This document shows, one piece after another, positions 30,777-41,216 of a DNA stretch of 64,000 bases (its first letter is position 1; every line of letters starts with the position of its first letter). Location: the NCBI GenBank assembly GCA_963803805.1, contig CAWDOD010000002.1, positions 320,001 through 384,000 on the forward strand, read 5' to 3'. Both the position numbers and the translations under genes were made by a program. Origin of the DNA: an uncultured cyanobacterium (GTDB lineage Bacteria > Cyanobacteriota > Cyanobacteriia > Cyanobacteriales > CAWCAG01). The notes under the pieces were generated by a model. That model saw only the letters and a program-made list of their open reading frames with translations. It had not been told where the DNA came from and did no database searches.

Positions 30777-31514
30777 TTATCTATGGTCGTACAAAGCCTC
30801 AATCTGTCTATCATCAAGCTTTGTAGCCGGAGTATCAAATAAAATAGCTCCAGCTTTTAAGCCAATAATACGTTGATAATGGCTACGGGCAAATTTGATA
30901 TCGTGAAGACTAGTGATGAGAGTTTTGGCCATTTCTTTGCTAAGGTGACGCAACAAATCCATAATTTCTTGTGAGCGCTGTTGGTCTAAACTCGAAATTG
31001 GTTCATCAGCTAAAATAATGGCGGGATTTTGAACTAAGATGCGGGCGATCGCCACTCTTTGTTGTTGTCCTCCCGAAAGTTGGTCAGTACGTTGGTACAT
31101 TTTTTCCGGTATTCCTACTTTAGTTAAAGCTTGGGTAGCTGTTTTCAACTCCAGGGGATAAATTAAGGACAAAGCAGCTTTAAAAAAAGACCAATGCCCC
31201 AAATGCCCGGCGTTAACATTATGAATAACTCGCAGATTATCTACTAAATGAAATTGCTGGTAAATAGTACCAATTTGTCTTTGGATACGCTGTCTTTGGC
31301 TAATACTTAAGCGGTTTAAGTTACACCCAAAAGCCCAAACTTCTCCTTGTGTTGGTTGCAAGGTTCCATTTAATAAAGCAATTAAAGTACTTTTTCCTGC
31401 TCCAGAAGCCCCTACTAAAGCAACTCTTTCCCCTGCTTCAATGCGTAAATTAATTTCTGTTAAACAAGGGAAATGATTAAATTCTTGAGTGACATTTTTC
31501 AGTTCTAAAGACAA
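30777..31514 (-). CDS. Phosphonate-type ABC transporter ATP-binding protein (PhnC-like)
   Basis: GASGAGKST, LSGGQQQRVAIAR, LADEPISSLD. Confidence 0.9.
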   Translation of the reverse strand: MSLELKNVTQEFNHFPCLTEINLRIEAGERVALVGASGAGKSTLIALLNGTLQPTQGEVWAFGCNLNRLSISQRQRIQRQIGTIYQQFHLVDNLRVIHNVNAGHLGHWSFFKAALSLIYPLELKTATQALTKVGIPEKMYQRTDQLSGGQQQRVAIARILVQNPAIILADEPISSLDQQRSQEIMDLLRHLSKEMAKTLITSLHDIKFARSHYQRIIGLKAGAILFDTPATKLDDRQIEALYDHR

Positions 31515-31582
31515 ATTTTTATGCTAACTGATAACTAATTATTGTTTGGCTTGCTGTTGCCGCAGACATCATTGATACATTG

Positions 31583-32488
31583 CTATTTTATTTTGCCAAT
31601 TTCTCGCCCTACTTGCTCAATATTTTGGTAATTATCATTATTGGTAGTGATGAACTTCCCTGCACTAAAAAGGTCGAGAATTTCTTTCTCTTCTGGTATT
31701 TCAGGATCTAAATCAAGGAAAGCCTCTTTGACTTTTTGGCTGAAATCTTCCCCGTATTCTTCCCTAACTTCAGGATGAATCACCCAATGATAATCATAGT
31801 AGGCGGGGGTACGCCAAATAACCTTAACTTTATTTGTATCTACTTCTCCTGCTTTAAAGCGATCTTCCCAAACTTGTTCGTTAACTGCACCAACTTGATA
31901 AGTGCCAGATTCTACTAACTTAATAGTTTTATCGTGATCTCCTGAAAAACCAACTTCTCCTTTAAAATCTTCTAGCTTTACACCGGCTTCCTTAAGAAAA
32001 TATTGTGGCATCAAACGCCCAGAAGTTGAGGATTCGCTACCAAAGGTGAAAGTTTTATCCTTCAACTTTGATAGTTCAGTAATATCTTGAAATTCCTCTA
32101 AATTTGCTTTCGTATTAGCGATAAAAAGACTATGAAATTCTTCATCAACATCCCGTTGGGCGATCGCTTCTGCCCCAGGTACTTGCAATCTAGCTTGAAC
32201 CCCTGTCAAACCCCCAAACCAAACTAATTCCAAATCTCCTACCTTAAAAGCAGTGACCGCTGCCGTATAGTCAGTGACAGGTTTATATTCTACTGGTACA
32301 TCTAATTTTGCTTCTAAATATTCAGCTAGCTTGTCATACTGACGCTGCAATTTTTCCGGATCTTGATCAGGTATTCCTCCTACTACCAAAGGTTGGATTT
32401 CTTCTTGTGTTGAGTTATTACCAGAACAAGCACTTAAGGGTAAAATTAGCAGCAATACACTGATGATAAAAGCTTTTTTGGCGATCAT
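31583..32488 (-). CDS. PhnD-like ABC substrate-binding lipoprotein (putative selenate/phosphonate subfamily)
   Basis: Lipobox LSA|C, IPDQDPEKLQR, WFGGLTGVQAR, SSTSGRLMP. Confidence 0.88.
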   Translation of the reverse strand: MIAKKAFIISVLLLILPLSACSGNNSTQEEIQPLVVGGIPDQDPEKLQRQYDKLAEYLEAKLDVPVEYKPVTDYTAAVTAFKVGDLELVWFGGLTGVQARLQVPGAEAIAQRDVDEEFHSLFIANTKANLEEFQDITELSKLKDKTFTFGSESSTSGRLMPQYFLKEAGVKLEDFKGEVGFSGDHDKTIKLVESGTYQVGAVNEQVWEDRFKAGEVDTNKVKVIWRTPAYYDYHWVIHPEVREEYGEDFSQKVKEAFLDLDPEIPEEKEILDLFSAGKFITTNNDNYQNIEQVGREIGKIK

Positions 32489-32700
32489 TTAATATCTACG
32501 GAGACTTGATTGGGATGTGAACAAAGAGTTGACTATTTTAAGGCTATAGGAAATAGGAACAACGACACTGGGCTTTGGTAGCGATTTTAGCGTTAAATGT
32601 GAACAAAAAGATAGTCACTTTTTTGCTCTTAGTTTCGTAGAGGTGTAGGGATAGCTTTCACCTTACCAGTTATCACCTTAACTACTAACTGTTCACTGTA

Positions 32701-33828
32701 CTAAGGGCGATTCTCTGAACGATAAAAAGGCTTCTTCACCACCACCGCCGGGTAGGACTTATTGCGAATTTGCACATCTAGCTGTTGTCCCACCTTTGCC
32801 AATTTTTTGGGAACATAGGCTAAGGCGATCGCTTTTTCTACAGTGGGCGCTAAAGTACCGCTAGTAACTTCTCCAACCACCTTACCTCCAAACAAAACAG
32901 GATAACCATGACGGGCAATATGCCGCCCTTCCATTTCTAAACCAACTAAACGGCGTTTTACCCCTTCTGCTTTTTGTTTTTCTAAAACTGAACGACCAAT
33001 AAAACTACCTTCACGATCTAAATGAACCAACCAACCTAAACCAGCTTCTAAGGGAGTTGTGGTTTCATCAATATCCTGACCATATAAAGATAAAGCTGCT
33101 TCTAAGCGTAAAGTATCCCTCGCCCCTAAACCGCAGGGAGTTACCCCCCCATTCAATAACAAACGCCATAACTCAATCCCAACATCAGGATCAACCATGA
33201 TTTCCCAGCCATCTTCCCCAGTGTAACCCGTGCGGGCCATGAAACCCCGTTGACCCAACAGAGTCACTTCGAGATGCTCAAACGCCTTTACTAAAGATAG
33301 ATTTTGTTTTACATAGGGTTGAACCATTTCAACTGCTTGAGGCCCTTGTAGGGCAAGTAAAACCTTATCTGAGGAGATATCTTCTAATTTAACTGGAGCA
33401 GCTTCTAAGTTAGCTAATAACCAAGCTTTATCTTTAGTTTTAGTCGCGGCATTAACAATCACAATTCCTTTTTGCAAACCTGTCTCATCTTCTCCTTGGT
33501 AGTAGAAAATAAGATCGTCAATAATTCCCCCTTGGGTATTAAGCAGTACAGTATATTGAGCTTGACCTGGTTGCAAGATTTCTAAATTGGAAGGGACTAA
33601 AAGCTGAAGATGTTCGCATATTCGTTTTCCTTGTAAAGTAAACTTTCCCATGTGGGAGATATCAAACATCCCCACGGAGTTCCTTACAGCTTGGTGTTCT
33701 TGCTTTAAGCTACTGTATTGAACAGGCATCTCCCAGCCAGCAAAAGCCGTAAACCGGGCTTTTTGTTCAGTTGCTAAGTTGAAAAGGGGAGTACGTTTCA
33801 GGTTTAGTGTTTCTTGGGAAGGAAGCAC
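32701..33828 (-). CDS. gcvT: Glycine cleavage aminomethyltransferase
   Basis: FAGWEMPVQY, FDISHMG, RTGYTGEDG, GLGARDTLRLEA. Confidence 0.97.
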   Translation of the reverse strand: MLPSQETLNLKRTPLFNLATEQKARFTAFAGWEMPVQYSSLKQEHQAVRNSVGMFDISHMGKFTLQGKRICEHLQLLVPSNLEILQPGQAQYTVLLNTQGGIIDDLIFYYQGEDETGLQKGIVIVNAATKTKDKAWLLANLEAAPVKLEDISSDKVLLALQGPQAVEMVQPYVKQNLSLVKAFEHLEVTLLGQRGFMARTGYTGEDGWEIMVDPDVGIELWRLLLNGGVTPCGLGARDTLRLEAALSLYGQDIDETTTPLEAGLGWLVHLDREGSFIGRSVLEKQKAEGVKRRLVGLEMEGRHIARHGYPVLFGGKVVGEVTSGTLAPTVEKAIALAYVPKKLAKVGQQLDVQIRNKSYPAVVVKKPFYRSENRP

Positions 33829-34039
33829 AGGGTATTTATTTCAGAAAAAAGCAGGTTAATAACTTTAATATAACGAACTTCGTACTGAAAATATTTGAGT
33901 AATAAAGCTATTCCCAGACGATTCGTAGCTGTTTTCTTGGTTAAAAAGTCTAATTCAGTGGTAATGAGTATCCAGTGTGCGATTAATTCTTCTGGCTGTC
34001 AGTTTGGCTTATTTATGAGGGAAAATTGAAAAATTTTCT

Positions 34040-34075
34040 TTTGAAATCACCCCTGAGAAGTGCTTTAGCGATCGC
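34040..34075 (-). repeat. Relic duplicate of a clpB 3' segment beginning at a HIP1 site
   Basis: TCACCCCTGAGAAGTG.TTT.GCGATCGC at 34047-34075 matches 36161-36189; encodes AIAKALLRGDFK vs clp[13 protein letters not shown]. Confidence 0.75.
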
Positions 34076-34466
34076 ACCCTATCTCATCAAAGTTAGAAAG
34101 CAAGGTGAGCAAATTACCAATACCCAAGGAATAGTATAATTAGGCATCTCAATTTAGCAAAAAAAAGTTAGAACATCCTCAATTGTTTAGAGAAGAATAA
34201 TTGTGCCAGGGGATAACTCATCTAAAAAGAAGTTTTTTAAGAAGGCAGCCGTTAATCCAGAATGCTGTCTAGAGAGGAAATTGTTCCCCCAGATGCCTTT
34301 GGTGAAGTGGAGAAAATCGCTACCAGTAGCGATCGCATTAAAACCTCTTGAAGTGCGATGTCGATGACGGGCTAGCCCTACGTAGTGTCTAAAAAATCTT
34401 TGCACAGCTAAAATAATACTAAATCTGTCACAATAAATTAAATAAACACCTCCCACCAATACACCC

Positions 34467-35357
34467 ATGCCCCAAACACACATCAGATTTGACTGGGCAA
34501 TTAAAAAACTACTAAGAAACAAAGCTAACTACGTTGTCTTAGCAGGTTTCTTGAGTGAACTATTGGGTAAACAAATCAAAATTCAATCCATACTCGAAAG
34601 CGAAAGCAATCGTCAAGCAGAAGATGATAAACTCAATCGAGTTGATATCGTCGCTGAGAATGACTACGGAGAATTAATTCTCATTGAAGTACAAAACAGC
34701 ACAGAGCAAGATTATTTTCATCGGATGCTCTATGGTACGGCAAGATTGATTACTGACTTTATAGAAAAAGGGCAGCCCTACAGCAAGGTTAAAAAGGTTT
34801 ATTCGGTGAATGTAGTTTACTTCTCTTTAGGGCAAGGAGATGATTATATCTACAGAGGGAGATTAGATTTTCAAGGTTTGCACTTAGAAGATAAATTAGG
34901 GCTATCGGTACATCAAAAGAAGCTATTCAAGATGCAACAAGTATATGAGATATTCCCAGAGTATTACGTAATTAAGGTTAACAACTTCAACGACGTAGCT
35001 AAAGATACCTTAGATGAATGGATCTACTTCTTGAAAAAGAGTCAAATCAAAGAAGAATTTACTGCCCAAGGATTAGCAGAAGCGAAGGAAAACTTATTAG
35101 TAGATAGCTTAAACGAAGAAGAAAGAGCCAACTACTTGAGATATATGGAAAATCGGCGTTATGAAGTGAGTATCATTGAAAGTTCCCGCTCAGAGGGGAA
35201 ATTGGAAGGAATCGAAGAAGGTATGGAGAAAGGAATTGAGGAAGGTAAACAGCAGGCAACGATTAATATAGCCAGAGTTTTGAAACGGCAAGGTAGTAAT
35301 TTCGATGCGATCGCAACTGCAACAGGATTAACTAGAGAAGAAATTGAGAAACTCTAA
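34467..35357 (+). CDS. Rpn family recombination-promoting nuclease/putative transposase (PD-(D/E)XK)
   Basis: RFDWAIKKLL, RVDI, ILIEVQ, LDEWIYFLK, EG repeats and IATATGLTREEI tail. Confidence 0.9.
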   Translation: MPQTHIRFDWAIKKLLRNKANYVVLAGFLSELLGKQIKIQSILESESNRQAEDDKLNRVDIVAENDYGELILIEVQNSTEQDYFHRMLYGTARLITDFIEKGQPYSKVKKVYSVNVVYFSLGQGDDYIYRGRLDFQGLHLEDKLGLSVHQKKLFKMQQVYEIFPEYYVIKVNNFNDVAKDTLDEWIYFLKKSQIKEEFTAQGLAEAKENLLVDSLNEEERANYLRYMENRRYEVSIIESSRSEGKLEGIEEGMEKGIEEGKQQATINIARVLKRQGSNFDAIATATGLTREEIEKL

Positions 35358-35474
35358 CTTGTGGAGAAAATTACTACTGGCAGCGATCGCGGTTTATCTC
35401 TCTTGTGTTATGCGCCAAGATAAATAAGTAAGAGAAAACATGATTATATAGTCTACCCAAGCTTCAGTTTTAAG

Positions 35475-35960
35475 ATGCTTGAAGCCTTATATGGTCTAAC
35501 CTCGTTAACGAACAAAAAATTCAAGCAAGCTCTTGTAGATATGAATCAGTCAGAGTATGAAAAGCAATTCTTTCTAAAGTATGCTAAAAAATTTGATATG
35601 GCAAATAAAGATATTCCCGTTCTGATTCCTCAAGCGTGGATTCAATGGCACTCCCAAATTAAGAAAAATTTACGAGCTATTTCTTCAGCACATAAAGATG
35701 AATTATACCGTGTAGATTTTGTGGCGTTTTGGGAAAACAAAAGGTATGTAATTTTAGTTGATGATATTAGCCACTACGCCATCAAAAATAATTCAAGATG
35801 GTATGCAGATGAAGAATCATATTCTAAGCGCTTGAAAGAGGATAGGAAATTGCGAAAGGAAAACTGGCAGGTTTTTCGAGTCAGTAATTGGGAGTTGAGG
35901 GACGAGGAAAGAAGTCAAGTTATTCTAGAAGATTTAAGAGAATTTTTCAGCTTTGAATAG
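35475..35960 (+). CDS. DUF559/Vsr-like nuclease-fold protein, possibly 5'-truncated
   Basis: YRVDF...VILVDD..HY...DRKLRKENWQVFRVS pattern. Confidence 0.55.
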   Translation: MLEALYGLTSLTNKKFKQALVDMNQSEYEKQFFLKYAKKFDMANKDIPVLIPQAWIQWHSQIKKNLRAISSAHKDELYRVDFVAFWENKRYVILVDDISHYAIKNNSRWYADEESYSKRLKEDRKLRKENWQVFRVSNWELRDEERSQVILEDLREFFSFE

Positions 35961-36069
35961 CTATTTATACCTGTTTAAGACTACTGAACTAGTTAGTGAG
36001 TTTCACACTGTTACTTGCTGTAGTAGCATGACACAACTAAAATATGTCACACTACTACAGGGCTATCTT

Positions 36070-38691
36070 TTAAGAACCAGTTATTTGCAACGCACCTAAG
36101 CGATTAAATGTTAACCGTTCATCTGCAACCTCAACAAAGATGGTATCGCCTCCTTTAAAGTCACCCCTGAGAAGTGATTTCGCGATCGCAGTCTCCAAAT
36201 ACCTTTGTACAGCACGTTTTAGGGGTCTAGCACCGTAAACGGGGTCGTAACCCACCTCAGCTAAGAAATCTAAAGCAGCATCGGAGAGTTTTAAAGCGAT
36301 TTTCTGCTCATCTAAACGTTCTCTGAGACGTTGCACCTGTTGTTGCACAATTAAGCGCAACTGTTCTTTAACTAAGCTACGGAAGATGATAATTTCATCC
36401 ACACGGTTAATAAACTCCGGACGGAAACTAGCCCGCATGGTTTCCATTACCCTAGCGTGCATCTCATTGTAACGGGAGTCATCCCCAGCAATATCTAAGA
36501 TGAATTGAGAACCAATATTACTAGTCATAATAATGATGGTGTTTTTGAAATCCACCACATGACCTTGGGCATCGGTTAAACGCCCGTCATCAAGGATTTG
36601 CAACATGACATTAAAAACATCATGGTGTGCCTTTTCAATCTCATCAAAGAGGATTACAGAATAAGGACGACGGCGAATTGCTTCGGTTAACTGTCCTCCT
36701 TGTTCATAACCAACATATCCCGGAGGCGCACCCATCAGGCGAGAAACAGAGTGTTTCTCCATATACTCCGACATATCAATGCGTACAATCGCCTCTTCCG
36801 TATCAAAAAGATTCTTCGCCAAAGCCTTAGCCAACTCAGTTTTACCAACCCCTGTAGGCCCTAAGAAAATAAAACTAGCAATGGGACGATTAGGATCTGC
36901 TAAACCAGCCCTAGAGCGTTGAATTGCATCAGCAACCGCAGTCACCGCCTCATCTTGCCCCACAACTCTTTCGTGGAGTTCATCTTCCAGGTTAAGGAGT
37001 TTAGCCTTTTCCGACTCGACTAACTTACTAACGGGAATCCCTGTCCACTTAGAAATAATCTCCGCAATGTCAGATTCTTTCACCTCTTCCCGCAACAAAG
37101 TACTACCGCCGGTTTGCATTTCTTCGAGTTTGCTTTCCGTTTCTTGCTTCTGGCGTTCCAATTCTGCTAACTTACCATAGCGCAACTCCGCAGCCCGATT
37201 ATAATCATAATCTCTTTCTGCTTGCTGAATTTCGACATTAACTTGCTCAATACTTTCTTTAACAGTGCGAATATTATCAATCACCTGTTTTTCCGATTCC
37301 CATTGAGCCTTAAGTTGACTTTGTTCTTCCTTTAAATTAGCTAATTCTTTTTCCAACTTTTCTAAGCGTTGCCGAGAAATAGCATCATCTTCTTTTTGCA
37401 AAGAAAGACGTTCCATTTCTAATTGGAGTACCTTACGATTAATTTCATCAAGTTCTTCAGGATTAGAAGTAATCTCCATCTTCAACCTTGCCGCCGCTTC
37501 ATCCATTAAATCAATGGCTTTATCTGGCAAAAAGCGATCGCTAATATAACGGTTAGAAAGCATCGCGGCTGCAACTACCGCCGTATCAGAGATTTTCACC
37601 CCGTGGTGAACTTCATAACGTTCTTTAAGCCCCCGCAAAATAGAAATAGTATCAGGAACAGTGGGTTCACTAACATATACTTCTTGGAAACGGCGCTCTA
37701 AAGCAGCATCTTTTTCAATATACTTGCGATACTCATCTAAAGTAGTTGCCCCAATACAACGCAACTCTCCACGGGCTAACATGGGCTTAAGCAAGTTCCC
37801 GGCATCCATTGCCCCTTGGGTAGCCCCAGCCCCAACTACGGTATGGATCTCATCAATAAACATGATGATTTGTCCTTTAGAGTCGGTAACTTCTTTTAAT
37901 ACCGCTTTGAGACGTTCCTCAAATTCCCCGCGATACTTGGCCCCAGCAATCAAAGCCCCCATATCCAAAGCAATCACCTGGCGATCGCGCAAAGATTCTG
38001 GTACATCTCGACTCACAATCCGTTGAGCAAGGCCTTCAATAATAGCTGTTTTCCCCACACCCGGTTCCCCAATCAATACCGGGTTATTCTTCGTCCGTCG
38101 GGAAAGAATTTGAATAGTACGACGAATCTCATCATCCCTACCAATTACCGGATCTAATTTACCTTGCTCCGCCAATTCAGTGAGATCGCGACCAAATTTT
38201 TCTAAAGATTCATATTTATTTTCAGGATTTTGATCTGTCACCTTTTGAGAACCTCTTATTTGTTCGATAATTTCTTTTAGGGCCTTTTCTTTCAAGCCTA
38301 GTTCTTGGAAAATAGTTTGGCCAAAACGTTTATCTTTGAAATAGCCCAGGATTATATGTTCAATAGAAATATAATCATCACCAAACTGAGTACGATATTT
38401 CTCAGCCCTATCAAGTAAACTATCTAAACTTTGCCCTAAATAAACTGATTCACTGACGTTAGCAACCTTGGGTTGCCCAGCAATAAATGCGTCGGTTTTT
38501 TCCCTTAATTTTACTAAACTAACTCCAACCCGATTGAAAATGGAATTAGCTAGTCCTTGCTGTTCTAATAAAGCTTTGAATAAATGTTCACTCTCAATTT
38601 TTTGGTGATTGTTACTCTTAGCAATCTCTGGAGTTTGAGAGATTGCGGCGTAGGCTTTTTCAGTAAACTGATTAGGATTATTAGGTTGCAT
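36070..38691 (-). CDS. clpB: ATP-dependent chaperone ClpB
   Basis: Two AAA+ modules ([16 protein letters not shown]), coiled-coil middle domain, PPGYVGY. Confidence 0.97.
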   Translation of the reverse strand: MQPNNPNQFTEKAYAAISQTPEIAKSNNHQKIESEHLFKALLEQQGLANSIFNRVGVSLVKLREKTDAFIAGQPKVANVSESVYLGQSLDSLLDRAEKYRTQFGDDYISIEHIILGYFKDKRFGQTIFQELGLKEKALKEIIEQIRGSQKVTDQNPENKYESLEKFGRDLTELAEQGKLDPVIGRDDEIRRTIQILSRRTKNNPVLIGEPGVGKTAIIEGLAQRIVSRDVPESLRDRQVIALDMGALIAGAKYRGEFEERLKAVLKEVTDSKGQIIMFIDEIHTVVGAGATQGAMDAGNLLKPMLARGELRCIGATTLDEYRKYIEKDAALERRFQEVYVSEPTVPDTISILRGLKERYEVHHGVKISDTAVVAAAMLSNRYISDRFLPDKAIDLMDEAAARLKMEITSNPEELDEINRKVLQLEMERLSLQKEDDAISRQRLEKLEKELANLKEEQSQLKAQWESEKQVIDNIRTVKESIEQVNVEIQQAERDYDYNRAAELRYGKLAELERQKQETESKLEEMQTGGSTLLREEVKESDIAEIISKWTGIPVSKLVESEKAKLLNLEDELHERVVGQDEAVTAVADAIQRSRAGLADPNRPIASFIFLGPTGVGKTELAKALAKNLFDTEEAIVRIDMSEYMEKHSVSRLMGAPPGYVGYEQGGQLTEAIRRRPYSVILFDEIEKAHHDVFNVMLQILDDGRLTDAQGHVVDFKNTIIIMTSNIGSQFILDIAGDDSRYNEMHARVMETMRASFRPEFINRVDEIIIFRSLVKEQLRLIVQQQVQRLRERLDEQKIALKLSDAALDFLAEVGYDPVYGARPLKRAVQRYLETAIAKSLLRGDFKGGDTIFVEVADERLTFNRLGALQITGS

Positions 38692-38865
38692 TTTCTTAAT
38701 TTACCCTCCCTATCACCTGGGTTTGGTTTTTTCTTTACAAATAACTTTAATCAATAGCTACTAAGCCTATTGTAAGAATTTCGGAGAATTTGCACCCCAG
38801 GAAAACCAAACCTTTTTGGTAGGGGTTTCCCACGACTTGGAAGGTTGCAAAGCGTTTTTCCTTAT

Positions 38866-39963
38866 TTAACGTTCAACTACAACCGCATCCTCTTTTACGG
38901 GGACAGCGTTTTCCCATAGCTTAATTAAATTATCAAAGCCTCCTGTGGCTAAAATAGTGCCGTCGCCATTAAAAGCCACCGATTGCACCCAATCTTCATG
39001 GGCATAAAAGTGTTTCAATAACTGACCTGTTTCAATATTCCAAATCCTTACCCCATCCTCGGAGCCACTAGCTAAAACTTTTTCTTCTGGATGGAGTACA
39101 ATATCCCTAACCTTTGAGGTGTGACCAGTTAGGGTAAATTTCAATCTCAGCCTTTTACTAAAATTATCAACATCCCAAACCTTAATTGTGCGATCATCAC
39201 TTGCTGTAATCAGAGTTTGACCATCTTGAGTAAAAGTTAAATCACTAATGGCATCGCGATGTGCTTGGGTAACTGAATTACGTCCTCCTGTGCGGAGATT
39301 CCAAAAAGTAATATCACCTTTCTCATTCCCTGAAGTGAGGGTATAGCCATCGGCTGGATTAACTTGCAAAGCATAGGCAAAATGATCAAAGCGCACCAAA
39401 GTATAAATAGGGCGTTGAGTTCGTAAATTCCAAAGCCTAATACCTGGTAAACCTCCAGTAACCATGACTTGACTATCTGGGGTGATCGCCAGGGAAAGCA
39501 GATTTTGAGTATGATTCAAAAAATGTCTGGTGTATTTTTTACTTGGCCAGTCCCATAAATTAACCCCAGAATCATCCCCTATGGTAGCTAATGTCTGACC
39601 ATCAGGGCTAAAAGCTAAAGCTGTTACGGCAGTGCGTTGCGCCCTAATACTTTCAATTTGTGTTCCTGTCCTGACCCACCATAACCTTAAATGAGCATCA
39701 TTATAACTACCACCACTAAGTAGAATTTTGTCGTCAGGTGAAAAAGCTAAAGCATCTACTGCGGTATTATGACCTTCAAGGGTTCGCAATAATTTGACTT
39801 CTGACCAAGGTTCAGTGGGAAAAACTTTTTCATACTCAAATTCTTGTTGAGGAGAAGGTAATTCTTGGGCTTCAACTGAGTTAGCAACATTAGCTACAGG
39901 CAAAGTCGTTGCTATGAATAACCAAACTATTCTTGTGTAAACACTCATAACATCATTGATCAT
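38866..39963 (-). CDS. Secreted WD40-repeat protein
   Basis: Signal peptide and about 7 GH...WD-type repeats. Confidence 0.92.
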   Translation of the reverse strand: MINDVMSVYTRIVWLFIATTLPVANVANSVEAQELPSPQQEFEYEKVFPTEPWSEVKLLRTLEGHNTAVDALAFSPDDKILLSGGSYNDAHLRLWWVRTGTQIESIRAQRTAVTALAFSPDGQTLATIGDDSGVNLWDWPSKKYTRHFLNHTQNLLSLAITPDSQVMVTGGLPGIRLWNLRTQRPIYTLVRFDHFAYALQVNPADGYTLTSGNEKGDITFWNLRTGGRNSVTQAHRDAISDLTFTQDGQTLITASDDRTIKVWDVDNFSKRLRLKFTLTGHTSKVRDIVLHPEEKVLASGSEDGVRIWNIETGQLLKHFYAHEDWVQSVAFNGDGTILATGGFDNLIKLWENAVPVKEDAVVVER

Positions 39964-40027
39964 TAAATATTAAACATTTACCATTTCTCATAACAACAGT
40001 CAGCAACTAGCAACTAGCAATTAGCAA

Positions 40028-40453
40028 TTACGTTTGAATATTAGGACAAATAGTATCCCCAACTTGTTTCTCCCCAGAGGGATTTTGCCAACCAGAAAGT
40101 AGACTTTGTAATTCTGAGCTAAGTATTTCTAAAGCTTCAATTTGTTGGGCGATCGCTTCTAATTTAGTACTTAAAATCTGTTTGGCAACATCACAAGGTA
40201 ACTCCCCATTATCACGTATCGTCAGAATTTCTTGAATCTCTTGTAGACTCAATCCTAAAGATTGCGCCCTTTTAATAAAAGCTAACCGTTCAACTATTTG
40301 TGGTTGAAAGAGGCGGTATCGTGAGGAGGAACGTTGTACTAATGGTTTAAGTAGACCCAATTCTTCGTAATAACGAATTGTTTTCACTGGCAAACCACTT
40401 TTGAGAGCAACTTGACCAATTTTCAATAATTCATCAACTAGTAAAGTTGTCAT
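40028..40453 (-). CDS. MerR-family heavy-metal-responsive regulator
   Basis: IGQVA..SGL..KTIRYYE..GLL, FIKRAQSLGLSL.EI, Cys in LPC and ICP. Confidence 0.9.
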   Translation of the reverse strand: MTTLLVDELLKIGQVALKSGLPVKTIRYYEELGLLKPLVQRSSSRYRLFQPQIVERLAFIKRAQSLGLSLQEIQEILTIRDNGELPCDVAKQILSTKLEAIAQQIEALEILSSELQSLLSGWQNPSGEKQVGDTICPNIQT

Positions 40454-40549
40454 ATTGCCTCCCCTTTTTCTCAATAAGCTTAACCTCAAAAACTTCCTCT
40501 ACTCCCTACTCTGGCTAAATAACCTGGGCAACTAAACCAGAATTTGTGA

Positions 40550-40840
40550 TTACCAATCCCTTTCTTTGGTTTTCAGCATAGGTAAAGGAGCATCACTAGG
40601 ACTAGGAGGCAGAAAACGCCTTGGTACTTCTTCGGTCAAACTTTCCTGAGATTGCTGAATTTGCCACCAACGAATAGTGATAGCGAGAAGAATTGTCATG
40701 ATGCCAAAACCCAGTAATGTCCAGCGTTCCCCCACACCACCAATAACAGCATCAACTGCTCCCATTGTGAAAATAAAGCTAGAAATGGGGTCTTTACGAT
40801 AAGCTGACTTTAAAAAACGGGGCCACAAAGCGTTCATCAA
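40550..40840 (-). CDS. Small conserved membrane protein
   Basis: YRKDPISSF...GAVDAVIGG, two hydrophobic segments. Confidence 0.75.
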   Translation of the reverse strand: MMNALWPRFLKSAYRKDPISSFIFTMGAVDAVIGGVGERWTLLGFGIMTILLAITIRWWQIQQSQESLTEEVPRRFLPPSPSDAPLPMLKTKERDW

Positions 40841-40843
40841 GTT

Positions 40844-40888
40844 ATTACCTATTACCTATTATCTATTATCTATTACCTACTACCTATC
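40844..40888. repeat. Short tandem heptamer repeats (STRR-like); similar tracts at ~40002-40029, ~49781-49811, ~62168-62209
   Basis: TATTACC/TATTATC x~6; elsewhere TAGCAAC/TAGCAAT and TTAGCTA/TTAGCTG arrays. Confidence 0.75.
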
Positions 40889-40900
40889 CATAAAGTAAGA

Positions 40901-41080
40901 TCATGTCAAGCCTAACCAAGATAGCAAGCCCTTACCTGTAAAGTACTCAATAGCAATAGTAATTACAAAACCAATCATGGCGGCCCTACCATTTAAGCGT
41001 TCTGCATAATCGTGAAAGCCAAACTTGGATTCTGTTAGTTTTGGAGTTACTGTAGGTTGAATATCTTCGCTTTTATTCAT
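40901..41080 (-). CDS. hli: High-light-inducible protein (HLIP/SCP, 59 aa), missed by the ORF track
   Basis: Manual translation MNKSEDIQPTVTPKLTESKFGFHDYAERLNGRAAMIGFVITIAIEYFTGKGLLSWLGLT; chlorophyll-binding AERLNGRAAMIGF motif. Confidence 0.95.
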   Translation of the reverse strand: MNKSEDIQPTVTPKLTESKFGFHDYAERLNGRAAMIGFVITIAIEYFTGKGLLSWLGLT

Positions 41081-41106
41081 CTGTTTAATTATTTCGTCTA
41101 GTAATA

Positions 41107-41124
41107 GTTACAAATCTTTAATTT
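41107..41124. promoter_or_regulatory. HLR1-like (RpaB) direct repeat upstream of hli
   Basis: GTTACAAA-TC-TTTAATTT, close to (G/T)TTACA(T/A)(T/A)-N2-repeat, in the expected place before an hli gene. Confidence 0.5.
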
Positions 41125-41216
41125 CTATTGTAGATGGAGAGATCGATTTTGTTCTAGATTGCGATCGCTATTTTTGGTCATACTGTTACCAAGGCAAGAT
41201 CTTTATAAAGAGAAAT

